DNA from: an uncultured Actinomycetota bacterium | Lineage (GTDB): Bacteria > Actinomycetota > Actinomycetes > Propionibacteriales > Nocardioidaceae | Assembly: GCA_963776975.1 (NCBI GenBank) | Contig: CAVZOU010000022.1 | Span: 81,353 to 145,352, forward strand | DNA length: 64,000 bases | Reading direction: 5' to 3' | Shown here: piece after piece, positions 47,073 to 57,246 of the stretch | Layout: the number at the start of each line of letters is the position of its first letter | How positions within the stretch are numbered: position 1 is the stretch's first letter | Position numbers and translations under genes: made by a program | The notes under the pieces: model-generated | What the model was told of the DNA's origin: nothing | Database searches by the model: none | Seen by the model: only the letters and a program-made list of their open reading frames with translations

Positions 47073-49069
47073 CGTCCTACCCGCACCTCCTCGAGCCGAT
47101 CACCCTCGGCGACCTGACCCTGCGCAACCGCGTGGTCATGGGCTCGATGCACACCGGCCTCGAGGACTACCCGTGGGACATCGACAAGCTGGCGGCGTAC
47201 TTCGCCGAGCGCGCCCGCGGCGGCGCCGGGCTGATCGTGACCGGCGGCTACGCGCCCAACAAGCGCGGCTGGCTCAAGCCCTTCGCCTCCGAGATGACCA
47301 CCCGCCTGCAGGCGATCCGGCACCAGCGGGTGACCGGCGCGGTGCACGAGGCGGGCGGCGCGATCGCGATGCAGATCCTGCACGCGGGCCGCTACGGCTA
47401 CCACCCGTTCTCCGTCGGGGCCTCGTCGACCAAGTCGCCGATCACCCCCTTCAGCCCCACCGCACTGTCCACCAAGGCGGTCGACCGGACGGCCAGCGAC
47501 TTCGCCCACGCCGCGCGCCTGGCGCAGAAGGCGGGCTACGACGGCGTCGAGATCATGGGGTCCGAGGGCTACCTGATCAACCAGTTCCTCGCCACCCGCA
47601 CCAACGACCGCACCGACCGGTGGGGCGGCAGCGCACGCAACCGGATGCGCTTCCCCGTCGAGATCGTGCGGCGCACGCGCGAGGCGGTCGGCGAGGGCTT
47701 CCCGATCATGTACCGGATCTCGCTGCTCGACCTCGTCGAGGGCGGCCAGACGTGGGACGAGGTCGTCGAGCTGGCGGGCAAGCTCGAGGAGGCCGGCGTC
47801 ACCGTCTTCAACACCGGCATCGGCTGGCACGAGGCGCGCGTCCCGACGATCATCACGCAGGTCCCGCGGGCCGCCTGGGCGAGCGTCACCGCGCGGCTGA
47901 CCGAGGTCGTCGACGTGCCGGTGTGCGCGTCCAACCGGATCAACACCCCCGAGCTGGCCGAGGAGATCATCGCCTCCGGGCAGGCCGACATGGTGTCGAT
48001 GGCGAGGCCGTTCCTGGCCGACCCGGCCTTCGTCGCCAAGGCGCTCGACGACCGCGCCGACGAGATCAACACCTGCATCGCCTGCAACCAGGCCTGCCTC
48101 GACCACACCTTCAGCAACCGGCGCGCGTCCTGCCTGGTCAACCCCCGCGCCTGCCACGAGACCGAGCTGGTGCTGATGCCGACCCTGCGCCCGGCGACGG
48201 TCGCCGTCGTGGGCGCCGGCCCGGCCGGCCTGGCCGCCGCGGTCAACGCCGCCGAGCGCGGCTTCACGACCACCCTCTTCGAGAAGCACGCCGAGCTCGG
48301 CGGCCAGTTCCGGCTGGCCATGCAGGTGCCCGGCAAGGAGGACTTCGCCGACACGCTGCGCTACTTCACCCGTCGCCTCGAGGTGCTCGGCGTCGACGTG
48401 CGGACCTCGACCGAGGCCACGGCGGCCGACCTCGCGGCGTACGACCACGTCGTCGTGGCCAGCGGCGTCGTGCCGCGCATCCCCGTCATCGACGGCATCG
48501 ACCACCCCAAGGCCGTGTCGTACGCCGCGGTGCTCGACGGCTCGGTCACCGTCGGCAAGCGGGTGGCCGTGATCGGCGCCGGCGGCATCGGCGTCGACGT
48601 GAGCCACTTCCTCGCCCACGACCCGGGCGAGACCGTCGAGGACTGGTACGCCCACTGGGGCGTCGGCGACCCGACCCTCAACCCGGGCGGACTGACCGAG
48701 GCCAAGCCGCGTACGCCGGCGCGCGACGTCACGCTCGTCCAGCGCAAGGCCACGCCCATCGGCATCGGCCTCGGCAAGACGTCGGGCTGGGCGCACCGAG
48801 CGGTCCTCAAGCAGTCGGGCGTCACCCAGGTCATCGGCGCGACGTACGACCGCATCGACGACGCCGGCCTGCACGTCACCGTCGACGGCACCCCGCGCGT
48901 GCTCGACGTCGACCACGTCGTCATCTGCGCCGGGCAGGAGTCCGTGCGCGACCTGTACGACGTCCTCGACCACCGCAGCGTCCACCTCATCGGCGGCGCG
49001 GACGTGGCCGCCGAGCTCGACGCCAAGCGGGCGATCAAGCAGGGCACCGAGGTCGTCGCCGCGCTCTGA
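47069..49069 (+). CDS. fadH: NADPH-dependent 2,4-dienoyl-CoA reductase
   Basis: MGSMHTGLE, EIMGSEGYLINQF, GIGWHEARVPTI, CIACNQACLD Fe-S motif, ELDAKRAI. Confidence 0.95.
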   Translation: MTSYPHLLEPITLGDLTLRNRVVMGSMHTGLEDYPWDIDKLAAYFAERARGGAGLIVTGGYAPNKRGWLKPFASEMTTRLQAIRHQRVTGAVHEAGGAIAMQILHAGRYGYHPFSVGASSTKSPITPFSPTALSTKAVDRTASDFAHAARLAQKAGYDGVEIMGSEGYLINQFLATRTNDRTDRWGGSARNRMRFPVEIVRRTREAVGEGFPIMYRISLLDLVEGGQTWDEVVELAGKLEEAGVTVFNTGIGWHEARVPTIITQVPRAAWASVTARLTEVVDVPVCASNRINTPELAEEIIASGQADMVSMARPFLADPAFVAKALDDRADEINTCIACNQACLDHTFSNRRASCLVNPRACHETELVLMPTLRPATVAVVGAGPAGLAAAVNAAERGFTTTLFEKHAELGGQFRLAMQVPGKEDFADTLRYFTRRLEVLGVDVRTSTEATAADLAAYDHVVVASGVVPRIPVIDGIDHPKAVSYAAVLDGSVTVGKRVAVIGAGGIGVDVSHFLAHDPGETVEDWYAHWGVGDPTLNPGGLTEAKPRTPARDVTLVQRKATPIGIGLGKTSGWAHRAVLKQSGVTQVIGATYDRIDDAGLHVTVDGTPRVLDVDHVVICAGQESVRDLYDVLDHRSVHLIGGADVAAELDAKRAIKQGTEVVAAL

Positions 49070-49100
49070 GCCGCGGCCCCGGGTGGCGTAGCGTCACCGC

Positions 49101-49706
49101 TCACTCCCCGGCGGACGACAGGAGCGGGAGCAGCAGCTCCGCCAACGCCTCCTCGGTCTCCTCGGACGAGAGATCGCCGTCGAAGCGCAGGATGCGCCAG
49201 GTCGTGGCGTCACAGACGGCCACGACCTGGGCCAGTCGGCGCGCACGCGCCACCTCGTCCAGGGCCTCCCCCATGGCCCCGGCGAACGCCTCGCGGCACC
49301 AGCCGACGTGGTAGGCGCGGGCCCGCGCGGCGAGCTCGGGGACGCCCGGAGCCTGGTGCGCCTCGGCGTACATCTTGAGGATCAGCGTGCCGTGGTCCTC
49401 GTAGTAGCGGACGAGGGAGTGCAGCGTGCTGCGCGGGCTCTCGCCCAGCGCGGCCGCGCGCTCGCCGGCGAGGCGGACGAACTCGCGCTCGATGGCGGCG
49501 ACCAGCAGGCCGTGCTTGCTGCCGAAGCGGCGGAGCACGGTCTGCACGGTGACCTCGGCATCGGCGGCGACGTCCTCGAGCCGGAGGCGGTCGTAGGGGA
49601 CCTCGGCGTACCGGCGCAGCATCGCGTCGACGATCCGCTCACCGGTCCGCTCGGCGGCCTCGGCGCGCGCCGTCATCCGGTACGCCCGCGCGGGGTTGCT
49701 TTTCAT
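49101..49706 (-). CDS. TetR family regulator
   Basis: RAYRMTARAEAAERT, LEDVAADAEVTVQTVLRRFGSK. Confidence 0.88.
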   Translation of the reverse strand: MKSNPARAYRMTARAEAAERTGERIVDAMLRRYAEVPYDRLRLEDVAADAEVTVQTVLRRFGSKHGLLVAAIEREFVRLAGERAAALGESPRSTLHSLVRYYEDHGTLILKMYAEAHQAPGVPELAARARAYHVGWCREAFAGAMGEALDEVARARRLAQVVAVCDATTWRILRFDGDLSSEETEEALAELLLPLLSSAGE

Positions 49707-49773
49707 GACAATGAGATTAACATCAATATTCATGTGAGCGAGACTCACACCGAATCCAGTCAGGAGAACGACC

Positions 49774-50595
49774 ATGTACGACCGCCCCGTCGAGAGCACC
49801 ACCTCGATCCCCACTCGCCTCGGCCGACTCCACGTGCGCACGATCGGGGACGGCGCACCGACCGTCCTGTGGTCGTCGATGTTCGTCGACAGCCACACCT
49901 GGGACCCACTGGTCCCGCTGCTCCCGACGGGTCGCCGCTACGTGCTGGTCGACCCGCCGGGGCTGGGCCTCAGCGAGCCCCTCCGCCGCGCGAGCGACAT
50001 TCCGGGCGCCGCCGACACGGCCACCGACCTGCTCGCCGGACTCGGCATCGACGGCCCGGTCGACTGGCTCGGCAACGCCTTCGGCGGGCACGTCGGCCTC
50101 GACCTCGGCAGGCGACCCGGCGTGCTCCGCAGCCTGGTGGCCATCAGCTCACCGACCGAGCCGCTCGCCCCCGCGCTGCGTCGGCAGATCCATCTCCTGC
50201 TGCCCCTCCTGCGGACCGCGGGGCCGATCGGCCCCGTCCGCTCGGCGATCGTCGGGGCCATGCTCACCGACGTCTCCGCCGCTGACGACGCGACTCGGCG
50301 GGTCGTCGTGGAGTCCCTGGCGCGCCCGACCCGGCGCAGCATGGCCCTGGCCATCCGGTCCTTCATCCTCGACCGGGTCGACGTCAACGCCGAGCTCGCG
50401 GACCTCGCCGTACCGAGCCTGTTCGTGGCCTCCGACGACCGCGGGGACTGGAGTCCCGAGGACGCCGCGGCGGCCGCCGCCCTCGCACCCGACGCCGAGC
50501 TCGTGACGGTCCAGGGCGCCCGCACGCTGGTCCCCCTCGAGCAACCGCAGGCCCTGGCCGCCCACATCCGCCGGTTCTGGGACCGGCTGGCCTGA
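49774..50595 (+). CDS. Alpha/beta fold hydrolase
   Basis: DPPGLGLS, GNAFGG (Ala at the nucleophile position), ARTLVPLEQP (catalytic His absent). Confidence 0.8.
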   Translation: MYDRPVESTTSIPTRLGRLHVRTIGDGAPTVLWSSMFVDSHTWDPLVPLLPTGRRYVLVDPPGLGLSEPLRRASDIPGAADTATDLLAGLGIDGPVDWLGNAFGGHVGLDLGRRPGVLRSLVAISSPTEPLAPALRRQIHLLLPLLRTAGPIGPVRSAIVGAMLTDVSAADDATRRVVVESLARPTRRSMALAIRSFILDRVDVNAELADLAVPSLFVASDDRGDWSPEDAAAAAALAPDAELVTVQGARTLVPLEQPQALAAHIRRFWDRLA

Positions 50596-50654
50596 GCGCC
50601 CACGTCCCACGCCGTACGCCGCACGCGAACCGCTCCCCCCGCCGACGTACCGTC

Positions 50655-51440
50655 GTGCCCATGTGGCGCCCCCTCCCGCTCCCGGGCCGACCGGTCCTCG
50701 CCGCCGCCGGCGTCCGTTCCCGTGCCCGCGAGCACCCGGACCCCTCGTCCCTGGGGGCGCCGACCGGCCCGCCCTCGACCCTGACCGCGCTCGGCGAGCT
50801 CGGCGCCGCCCTCGACGCGGTCCGGCTGGTGGGGGCCCTGCCCCGACTCGCCACGGCTCCCCGGGGCGACGGCCACCTGGTGGTGGACATCCCGGGGTGG
50901 CGGGCTCCCGAGGTCACCGGTGCGCCGCTGCGCGGCTACCTGCGCGCGTTGGGCTACGACGCCCGGGGGTGGGGCTTCGGCACCAACATGGGCGACCCCC
51001 GCCGTGACGTCGACCGGCTGGCCGGACGCGTCCTCGAGCTGGTCGACCTCACGGGCTCGCCCGCGTCGCTGGTCGGCTGGAGCCTGGGTGGCGTGATCGC
51101 TCGCGAGGTGGCCCGGCGGCATCCCGAGGCCGTACGGCGGGTCGTCACCTACGGCACGCCGGTGATCGGCGGACCGATCCACACCACCATCGCCCGCGCC
51201 CAGGGCGGCCGCTCCGGCGCCGGTCGGGTCACCCGACGACTCGACGCCGCGGCACCCATCCGCGTGCCGCTCACCGCCGTCTTCTCCACGCGGGACGGGA
51301 TCGTCTCCTGGCAGGCGTGCATCGACCGCTCGACGCCTGGCGTGGAGCACGTCGAGGTGTCGTCGACCCACCTCGGGATGGGCGTCGATCCGGACGTGTG
51401 GGCGATCGTCGCCGAGCGGCTCTCCCGCGGCGCGGCCTGA
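50655..51440 (+). CDS. Esterase/lipase (alpha/beta hydrolase)
   Basis: GWSLGG, FSTRDGIVSW, STHLGM. Confidence 0.85.
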   Translation: MPMWRPLPLPGRPVLAAAGVRSRAREHPDPSSLGAPTGPPSTLTALGELGAALDAVRLVGALPRLATAPRGDGHLVVDIPGWRAPEVTGAPLRGYLRALGYDARGWGFGTNMGDPRRDVDRLAGRVLELVDLTGSPASLVGWSLGGVIAREVARRHPEAVRRVVTYGTPVIGGPIHTTIARAQGGRSGAGRVTRRLDAAAPIRVPLTAVFSTRDGIVSWQACIDRSTPGVEHVEVSSTHLGMGVDPDVWAIVAERLSRGAA

Positions 51441-51511
51441 CCCGCGGAGGACAAGGTCCCCGGGACCACGTCGCGGCCGGCTCGAAGCCACCGTCGACGC
51501 CCACCCTCCCG

Positions 51512-52660
51512 TCAGCCGTGGAGGACGCGCACCCAGTCGATGGCACCGGAGTAGTAGTCGCACCCGACGTCTCGTTGGTCGCAAAGCAGCTTGCCGCCGA
51601 GGACGAACGGCTCGGCGTTGTCGATGGGTCCGGTGCGCCCCGCGGTCTGCGCCACCAGGACGCCGTCCACGTACTGCGAGACCGAGGTGGCGGTGTGGAC
51701 GCAGGCCACAGTGTGCCACGCCCCGTCGTCGAGGCGTCGGCTGCCGGTGGCCACGACGGTGCTGCCGTTGGCGCCCTTGAAGACGCACCGCAGTCCGCCG
51801 GCGTCCTCCACCTTGATCTGGCCCCCGGAGGTGGACGACTGACCCTTCTGCATGATGTTGCCGTCCGGCTTGTCCGTGCTGAATCGGAACTCGACCGCCC
51901 AGCGGACCGCTGGGTCGGAGATGTCGAGGGCGGCACTGTCCGCCACCTGCACGAGCCTGGGCAGGGCGACCGGGGGACAGTCCCGGCACCGCGCAGACCA
52001 GGCGTAGTGGGAGCCGTGGAGGACGAGCCCCGCGGCCGCCGCATCGGCACTGATCACCCCGTGGCGCCCGCGACCGCTGCCGTCGACCATCGTCGTCGAC
52101 CCGCCCGGTTCGTCCATGGACCATGAGGCGACCGCGACCTGGCCGACCGGCAGCGCAGGGAGCGCGGGCGGGGTCGGCGGCGGTGGAACGGGGGTCGGCG
52201 GTGGAACGGGGGTCGGCGGTGGAGCGGGAATGGTGCTCGTCGTCCGGACGGTGGCGATCGGGGTGACCCGCCGGGACAGGGCCCGGCCGCGCACGGTCCA
52301 CCGTGGGACCTTGACGCGGTACCGCACCCGGGTGGACTCCGCCCGGGGCAGCCGCGTCACCAGCGCGAAGCGGCCGCGCCGCGAGCTCATCCCGGAGGCG
52401 ACCGGCCTCCAGGAGCGGCCCACCGCCCGTTGCAGCACCACCTGGCGCTTGATCCGCGGCACGACCCGGCCGCGCGCCCTGATCTGCGAGCCCGGCTCGG
52501 CGACGTCGGCCGAGAGCCGCAGGCTGCCGGAGACCTTGACCTGGCTCGCCGACGCCCCGGGCTGCTCGCGCCACGTCGTCACGCTCAGCACGACGGCCAA
52601 GGCCACCGCTCCGACGGCGGCGGCTCGCCAGCGACGTGCGATCACATGCTCCCCCAGCAA
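51512..52660 (-). CDS. Secreted or anchored protein with Ig-like domain, Pro-rich linker and LamG-like jellyroll
   Basis: N-terminal hydrophobic helix, PTPVPPP repeats, WSMDE, DDGAWHTVAC, YVDG, YSGAID. Confidence 0.8.
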   Translation of the reverse strand: MLGEHVIARRWRAAAVGAVALAVVLSVTTWREQPGASASQVKVSGSLRLSADVAEPGSQIRARGRVVPRIKRQVVLQRAVGRSWRPVASGMSSRRGRFALVTRLPRAESTRVRYRVKVPRWTVRGRALSRRVTPIATVRTTSTIPAPPPTPVPPPTPVPPPPTPPALPALPVGQVAVASWSMDEPGGSTTMVDGSGRGRHGVISADAAAAGLVLHGSHYAWSARCRDCPPVALPRLVQVADSAALDISDPAVRWAVEFRFSTDKPDGNIMQKGQSSTSGGQIKVEDAGGLRCVFKGANGSTVVATGSRRLDDGAWHTVACVHTATSVSQYVDGVLVAQTAGRTGPIDNAEPFVLGGKLLCDQRDVGCDYYSGAIDWVRVLHG

Positions 52661-52851
52661 GAGTGCGGTCGAGAGTCATCTGACCTTAACCCTGGCGATT
52701 TCTGGCGCCAAGCACTCGCGACCCCGGAGGGTGGGGACCGCGTGCGCATCCTCGGCCGGCACGGCACGGATGGAACCTCACGCCCGAAGTGCCGGAGGTC
52801 CCGGGGTCTTCGGCCGCTCCCGGCTCCACACCGACGCGACATGATGGCCGC

Positions 52852-53628
52852 ATGACCACTCCCGAGGTGACCGCGGCCGGCGTCGACGACCGGGCCCTGC
52901 GGTCCCTGAGGGGATGGAACCTCGGCCTGACCCTGCTCCACCTGGGCCAGGCGGTCGCGGTGGTGGTGCTGGCGACCGACTTCGCGATCACCATCACCCG
53001 GTCGCTGCCCACCGGCCCCCCGGGTACGCCGACCGCGTCGCCGGAGGCGCTCTTCGACCTCCCGATCGGCGTCGCGATCGCGGCGTTCCTCGTGCTCGCC
53101 GGGCTCGACCACCTGCTGACGGCGACGGTCCAGCGGCGTACGTACGAGCGCGACCTCCTCGGCGGGATCAACCGGTTCCGATGGGTGGAGTACTCGTTCA
53201 GCGCGACGATCATGGTCGTCCTGATCGCCCTCTACTCGGGCATCGACGGGATCTCGGCGCTCATCGGGATCGTCGGCGCCAACGTGGCGATGATCCTCTT
53301 CGGCTGGCTCCAGGAGTCCGCCAACCCACCGGGCAGCCAGACGGTGACGATGAAGCCGTTCTGGTTCGGCTGTGTCGCGGGCGCCGCACCGTGGGTGGCG
53401 ATCGGCTACAACCTCGTCGCTGCCGAGGAGGTCCCCGGCTTCGTCGTCGGCATCTTCGTCTCGCTGTTCGTCTTCTTCAACAGCTTCGCGCTCAACCAGT
53501 GGTTGCAGTACCGCCGGGTCGGTCCGTGGCGCAGCTACGCGTTCGGCGAGAAGGCCTACCTGGTGCTCAGCCTCGTCGCGAAGTCCGCCCTCGCCTGGCA
53601 GATCTTCGGCGGCTCGCTCGCGTCCTGA
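52852..53628 (+). CDS. heR: Heliorhodopsin
   Basis: HLGQA, DHLL, NRFRWVEYSFSA, MILFGWLQE, EKAYLVLSLVAKS with the retinal-binding Lys; 7 TM helices. Confidence 0.95.
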   Translation: MTTPEVTAAGVDDRALRSLRGWNLGLTLLHLGQAVAVVVLATDFAITITRSLPTGPPGTPTASPEALFDLPIGVAIAAFLVLAGLDHLLTATVQRRTYERDLLGGINRFRWVEYSFSATIMVVLIALYSGIDGISALIGIVGANVAMILFGWLQESANPPGSQTVTMKPFWFGCVAGAAPWVAIGYNLVAAEEVPGFVVGIFVSLFVFFNSFALNQWLQYRRVGPWRSYAFGEKAYLVLSLVAKSALAWQIFGGSLAS

Positions 53629-53692
53629 CATCGTCGCGAGAGCGGTCCTAGGCTGGACCCCAGGACGCCACCCACTCATCCCGAGGAGACCC

Positions 53693-54358
53693 ATGCGCAG
53701 CGACCTGTTCGGCGAGAACCTCGAGTCGGCCACGACCGACCGCTTCACGTTGCAGAACCCCCGCATCCTGCGGGTCGCGCTCGACGGGGAGGTGATGGCG
53801 CGGCAGGGGTCGATGGTCGCCTACCAGGGCGAGGTCGACTTCGCCTACCAGGGCTCGGGCGGCATGGGGAAGCTCTTCAAGAAGGCGTTCACGGGCGAGG
53901 GCATGTCGCTGATGAAGGTGACCGGTCGCGGCGACGTCTTCCTCGCCGACGACGCCATGGAGATCCACCTCGTCCACCTCGACGGTGACGCGCTGACGGT
54001 CAACGGCAGCAACGTCCTCGCCTTCGACCCCACGCTCACCTGGGACATCAAGCGGGTCGAGGGGGCGTCGATGATGGCCGGCGGCGTCTTCAACACCACG
54101 TTCACCGGCACCGGGACGGTCGCGATCACCTCGCACGGCACGCCCGTGGTCCTCGATGTCGACGCGCCCACGTACGCCGACATCCAGGCGGCCGTCGCCT
54201 GGTCGACGTCGCTCACCACGAGCGTGCGGCGCACGGCGGGAGCGAGCGCGCTCATCGGTCGCGGATCCGGTGAGGCGTTCCAGCTCGTCTTCGCCGGCCC
54301 GGGCTTCGTCGTCGTCCAGGCCAGCGAGGGCCGCATCGTGGCGCCGCACACCCACTGA
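53693..54358 (+). CDS. AIM24 family protein
   Basis: ARQGSMVAYQG, TGEGMSLM, NVLAFD, SGEAFQL, VVVQASE. Confidence 0.9.
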   Translation: MRSDLFGENLESATTDRFTLQNPRILRVALDGEVMARQGSMVAYQGEVDFAYQGSGGMGKLFKKAFTGEGMSLMKVTGRGDVFLADDAMEIHLVHLDGDALTVNGSNVLAFDPTLTWDIKRVEGASMMAGGVFNTTFTGTGTVAITSHGTPVVLDVDAPTYADIQAAVAWSTSLTTSVRRTAGASALIGRGSGEAFQLVFAGPGFVVVQASEGRIVAPHTH

Positions 54359-54379
54359 TCCTGCCGCCTCGAGCGGTGA

Positions 54380-54847
54380 CTAGCGCCCGATCGCCAGCGA
54401 CCGACGATCGAGCCACCGGGGCACGGACGCCCGGTACGCCTCGTAGTCGGCGCCGAAGTTGGCGCGCAGGGCGGGCTCCTCGGCGGCGATCTGCAGGCGG
54501 TCGATCACCAGCACGAAGGCAGCAACCGGAAGCAGGCCGGCCCATGCCCCCCGGCGCACGCCGTTCGCGACCAGCAACCCGGCCATGCCGACGTACATGG
54601 GGTTGCGACTGACCGCGTTGACGCCCGTCGTGACGAGGACGGCGGCTCGCGACGGGTCGAAGGGGTCGACCGTGGTGCCCTGTCGCCGGAACTGCCGTGC
54701 GGACGCGGCGGCCAGTCCGACGGAGGTCCCGGCGACGGCTCCGGCCACCAGGGCACGCGCCGCGGACGGCGGCGGCGCGCCGGGGGTCAGTGCCCGTTGG
54801 GCGAACCCCGCGGCCAGGGCCAGCAACGGGGGAGGCAGACGCTTCAC
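54380..54847 (-). CDS. Isoprenylcysteine carboxyl methyltransferase/PEMT family protein
   Basis: [32 protein letters not shown]. Confidence 0.88.
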   Translation of the reverse strand: MKRLPPPLLALAAGFAQRALTPGAPPPSAARALVAGAVAGTSVGLAAASARQFRRQGTTVDPFDPSRAAVLVTTGVNAVSRNPMYVGMAGLLVANGVRRGAWAGLLPVAAFVLVIDRLQIAAEEPALRANFGADYEAYRASVPRWLDRRSLAIGR

Positions 54848-55707
54848 CCGCTCACCCTCCCACCCTCGCCGCCGAGCGTCGACGCCCCGATGACGGAGAG
54901 CAGCGCAAGGCGATCGTGGCTCTCGCTGCCCGGCACGGCGGTGTAGATGAGCAGCCGGTGGGACTGCTCCGGGTCGAGCAGCGTCTGGCAGTGCAGGTCG
55001 AGCCCGCCGACCTCGGGGTGGACGAAGCGCTTGCGCTCGCGCGGCCGGATGCCGACCTCGTGCTGCTCCCACAGGCCGCGGAACTCCTCGCTCCGGTCGA
55101 GCAGGAGGTCGGCGAGGTGCGCCGCCCTGGAGCCGGGCCCACGCAGCGTGACGACCTGGCGCAGCCCCGACGCGAAGAGCCGGGAGAGGAACTCGTGCTC
55201 CTCCGGGTCGTACAGACCGCGCGACTCCGGGTCGGCGAACCACCGGTAGCCGAGGCTGCGTGCCGGTCCGGTGTGGCGGGTCAGGTCCCCGGTGAGCGCG
55301 ACGCCCATCGGGCTCTGGCGCAGGGTCTCGCCGAGCTCGGTCACGACCTCCGCGGGGGTGTCGTCCAGGCGGTCGAGGATGCGGAGCATCCCCGGGCTGA
55401 CGTGCTCGCTCGCGGCGCCGCGGACGGGCGGCCGGTGCCCGGCGAGCCGGAAGAGGTGGTCGCGCTCGTCGAGGGACAGGTGGAGTCCCTGGGCGATCGC
55501 CGCGACCATCTGCTCCGACGGGTGCGGGCCGCGCTCGCGCTCGATCCGCGAGTAGTAGTCGGTCGACATGTGGCACAGCACCGCCACCTCCTCCCGCCGC
55601 AGGCCCGCGGTCCGGCGGCGCTGACCGCGGGGCAGGCCGACGTCCTCGGGCTGCAGGGACTCGCGTCGGCGACGGAGGAAGTCCGCCAGCCCGGTCCGAT
55701 CGATCAC
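54844..55707 (-). CDS. XRE/MmyB family regulator
   Basis: [33 protein letters not shown]. Confidence 0.92.
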   Translation of the reverse strand: MIDRTGLADFLRRRRESLQPEDVGLPRGQRRRTAGLRREEVAVLCHMSTDYYSRIERERGPHPSEQMVAAIAQGLHLSLDERDHLFRLAGHRPPVRGAASEHVSPGMLRILDRLDDTPAEVVTELGETLRQSPMGVALTGDLTRHTGPARSLGYRWFADPESRGLYDPEEHEFLSRLFASGLRQVVTLRGPGSRAAHLADLLLDRSEEFRGLWEQHEVGIRPRERKRFVHPEVGGLDLHCQTLLDPEQSHRLLIYTAVPGSESHDRLALLSVIGASTLGGEGGRVSG

Positions 55708-55770
55708 AGTGCCTCCCCTGCAGTCCTGCCCCCTTCCTACCGGCCACGGCCGCTCGATGCCACGGACCGT

Positions 55771-55812
55771 CGATCCCCCTCTCCCGCCGCGTGTCCCCGC
55801 AGAGGGGGATCG
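55771..55812. promoter_or_regulatory. Inverted repeat in the MmyB/SDR divergent promoter
   Basis: CGATCCCCCTCT-N18-AGAGGGGGATCG. Confidence 0.55.
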
Positions 55813-55890
55813 GGAGGCCCTGCCTCCCGGTCGACGAGTCGGCGACCGTGGAGGTCGACGTACTCACCCTCGACCACCTGGAGCCCACCC

Positions 55891-56877
55891 ATGCCTCGTC
55901 GCTTCGACATCACCGTCCCCGACCTGTCCGGCAAGCGGGTCGTGCTCACCGGAGGCAGCGCCGGCATCGGGCTCGGCATCGCTGCACGGCTCGCGACCGC
56001 CGGCGCCGACCTGGTGTTGCCGGTGCGCAACGCCGCCAAGGCGGAGGCCGCGGTCGCCGGGATCCGGAGCAGCGGCCCTGACGTGCGGATCACGCTGCTC
56101 CCCCTCGACCTCTCCTCGCTGGAGTCCGTCGCCGCCCTGGGCGAGACCCTCCGCACCGAGGGCCGGCCGATCGACGTCCTCATCAACAACGCGGGGGTGA
56201 TGACCCCGCCCGAGCGGCAGACCACGGCGGACGGCTTCGAGCTGCAGCTCGGCAGCAACCACCTCGGGCACGTCGCCCTGGTGGCCCACCTCATGCCCCT
56301 CCTGCGCGCCGGGCGCGCCCGCGTGACCTCACAGGTCAGCGTCGCGGCCCGCAGCAACGAGATGCACTGGGACGACCTGTCCTGGGAGCGGTCGTACGAC
56401 GGGATGCGCGCCTACAGCCAGTCCAAGATCGCCCTGGGGCTCTTCGGCCTCGAGCTGGACCGACGCAGCCGGGCCGGCGGCTGGGGCATCACCAGCAACC
56501 TCTCCCACCCCGGCGTGGCCCCGACCAGCCTGCTGGCCGCCCGCCCCGAGATCGGCCGAGCCCGGGACACCCTGTCCGTGCGACTGATCCGCGCGCTCTC
56601 GGCCCGGGGCATCCTCGTCGGCACCGCGGAGACGGCCGGCCTCTCCGCCCTGTACGCCGCCACGTCGCCCGACGCGGCGGGCGGTCGGTTCTACGGTCCC
56701 CGAGGCTTCCAGCACCTCGGCGGGCCCCCGGCGGAGCAGGAGCTCTACCCGACGCTGCGGAGCGAGGACGAGGCCCGTCGGGTCTGGGAGGCCTCCGAGG
56801 AGCTGGTCGGGCTCGACCTGTCGCCGGCCACTCGTGACTGCGCCATCCACGACCGGGACCGGGATCGTTGCCGCTGA
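55891..56877 (+). CDS. SDR oxidoreductase (retinol dehydrogenase/WWOX-like class)
   Basis: [36 protein letters not shown]. Confidence 0.92.
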   Translation: MPRRFDITVPDLSGKRVVLTGGSAGIGLGIAARLATAGADLVLPVRNAAKAEAAVAGIRSSGPDVRITLLPLDLSSLESVAALGETLRTEGRPIDVLINNAGVMTPPERQTTADGFELQLGSNHLGHVALVAHLMPLLRAGRARVTSQVSVAARSNEMHWDDLSWERSYDGMRAYSQSKIALGLFGLELDRRSRAGGWGITSNLSHPGVAPTSLLAARPEIGRARDTLSVRLIRALSARGILVGTAETAGLSALYAATSPDAAGGRFYGPRGFQHLGGPPAEQELYPTLRSEDEARRVWEASEELVGLDLSPATRDCAIHDRDRDRCR

Positions 56878-56955
56878 TCCGGCGAATGCCCTGCCACCCG
56901 GGGACGTGTCGCCCTAGAGTCACGCGTCCCAGCACGTATCTCGAGGGGAACCGCC

Positions 56956-57240
56956 ATGAGTGACAACGCAGGTCTGGTGGACGTCGGCCTGGCCCGACGC
57001 CTGGCCAACGCCATCGGCACGGCCAAGGTGGTGCTGATGGTCATCTGCGGCCTGGCGGTGCTGGCCGCCATGCTCAGCTCGCCGACCGAGGCTGCGATCG
57101 TCTTCGCCGTCTGGGGCGTGGTGTCGATCGTCTCGATCTACGTGCTGTTCGGCTGGTTCGAGTACACGCTTCGCCTCCTGGCGGGCATCGCCGTCAACAC
57201 CGCGGGCGCGGCCACCCTGGAGCCCGGCGTGCGCGACTGA
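56956..57240 (+). CDS. Small 2-TM membrane protein
   Basis: GAGGGG SD; two hydrophobic helices; GC-rich third positions. Confidence 0.65.
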   Translation: MSDNAGLVDVGLARRLANAIGTAKVVLMVICGLAVLAAMLSSPTEAAIVFAVWGVVSIVSIYVLFGWFEYTLRLLAGIAVNTAGAATLEPGVRD

Positions 57241-57246
57241 GGTCGG

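Noticed and set aside
44390-49069. Mcr-GATase fusion (663 aa) and N-terminally extended FadH (1036 aa)
   Set aside because: Open-frame run-ons; each gene has its own start and the extensions are off-frame sequence
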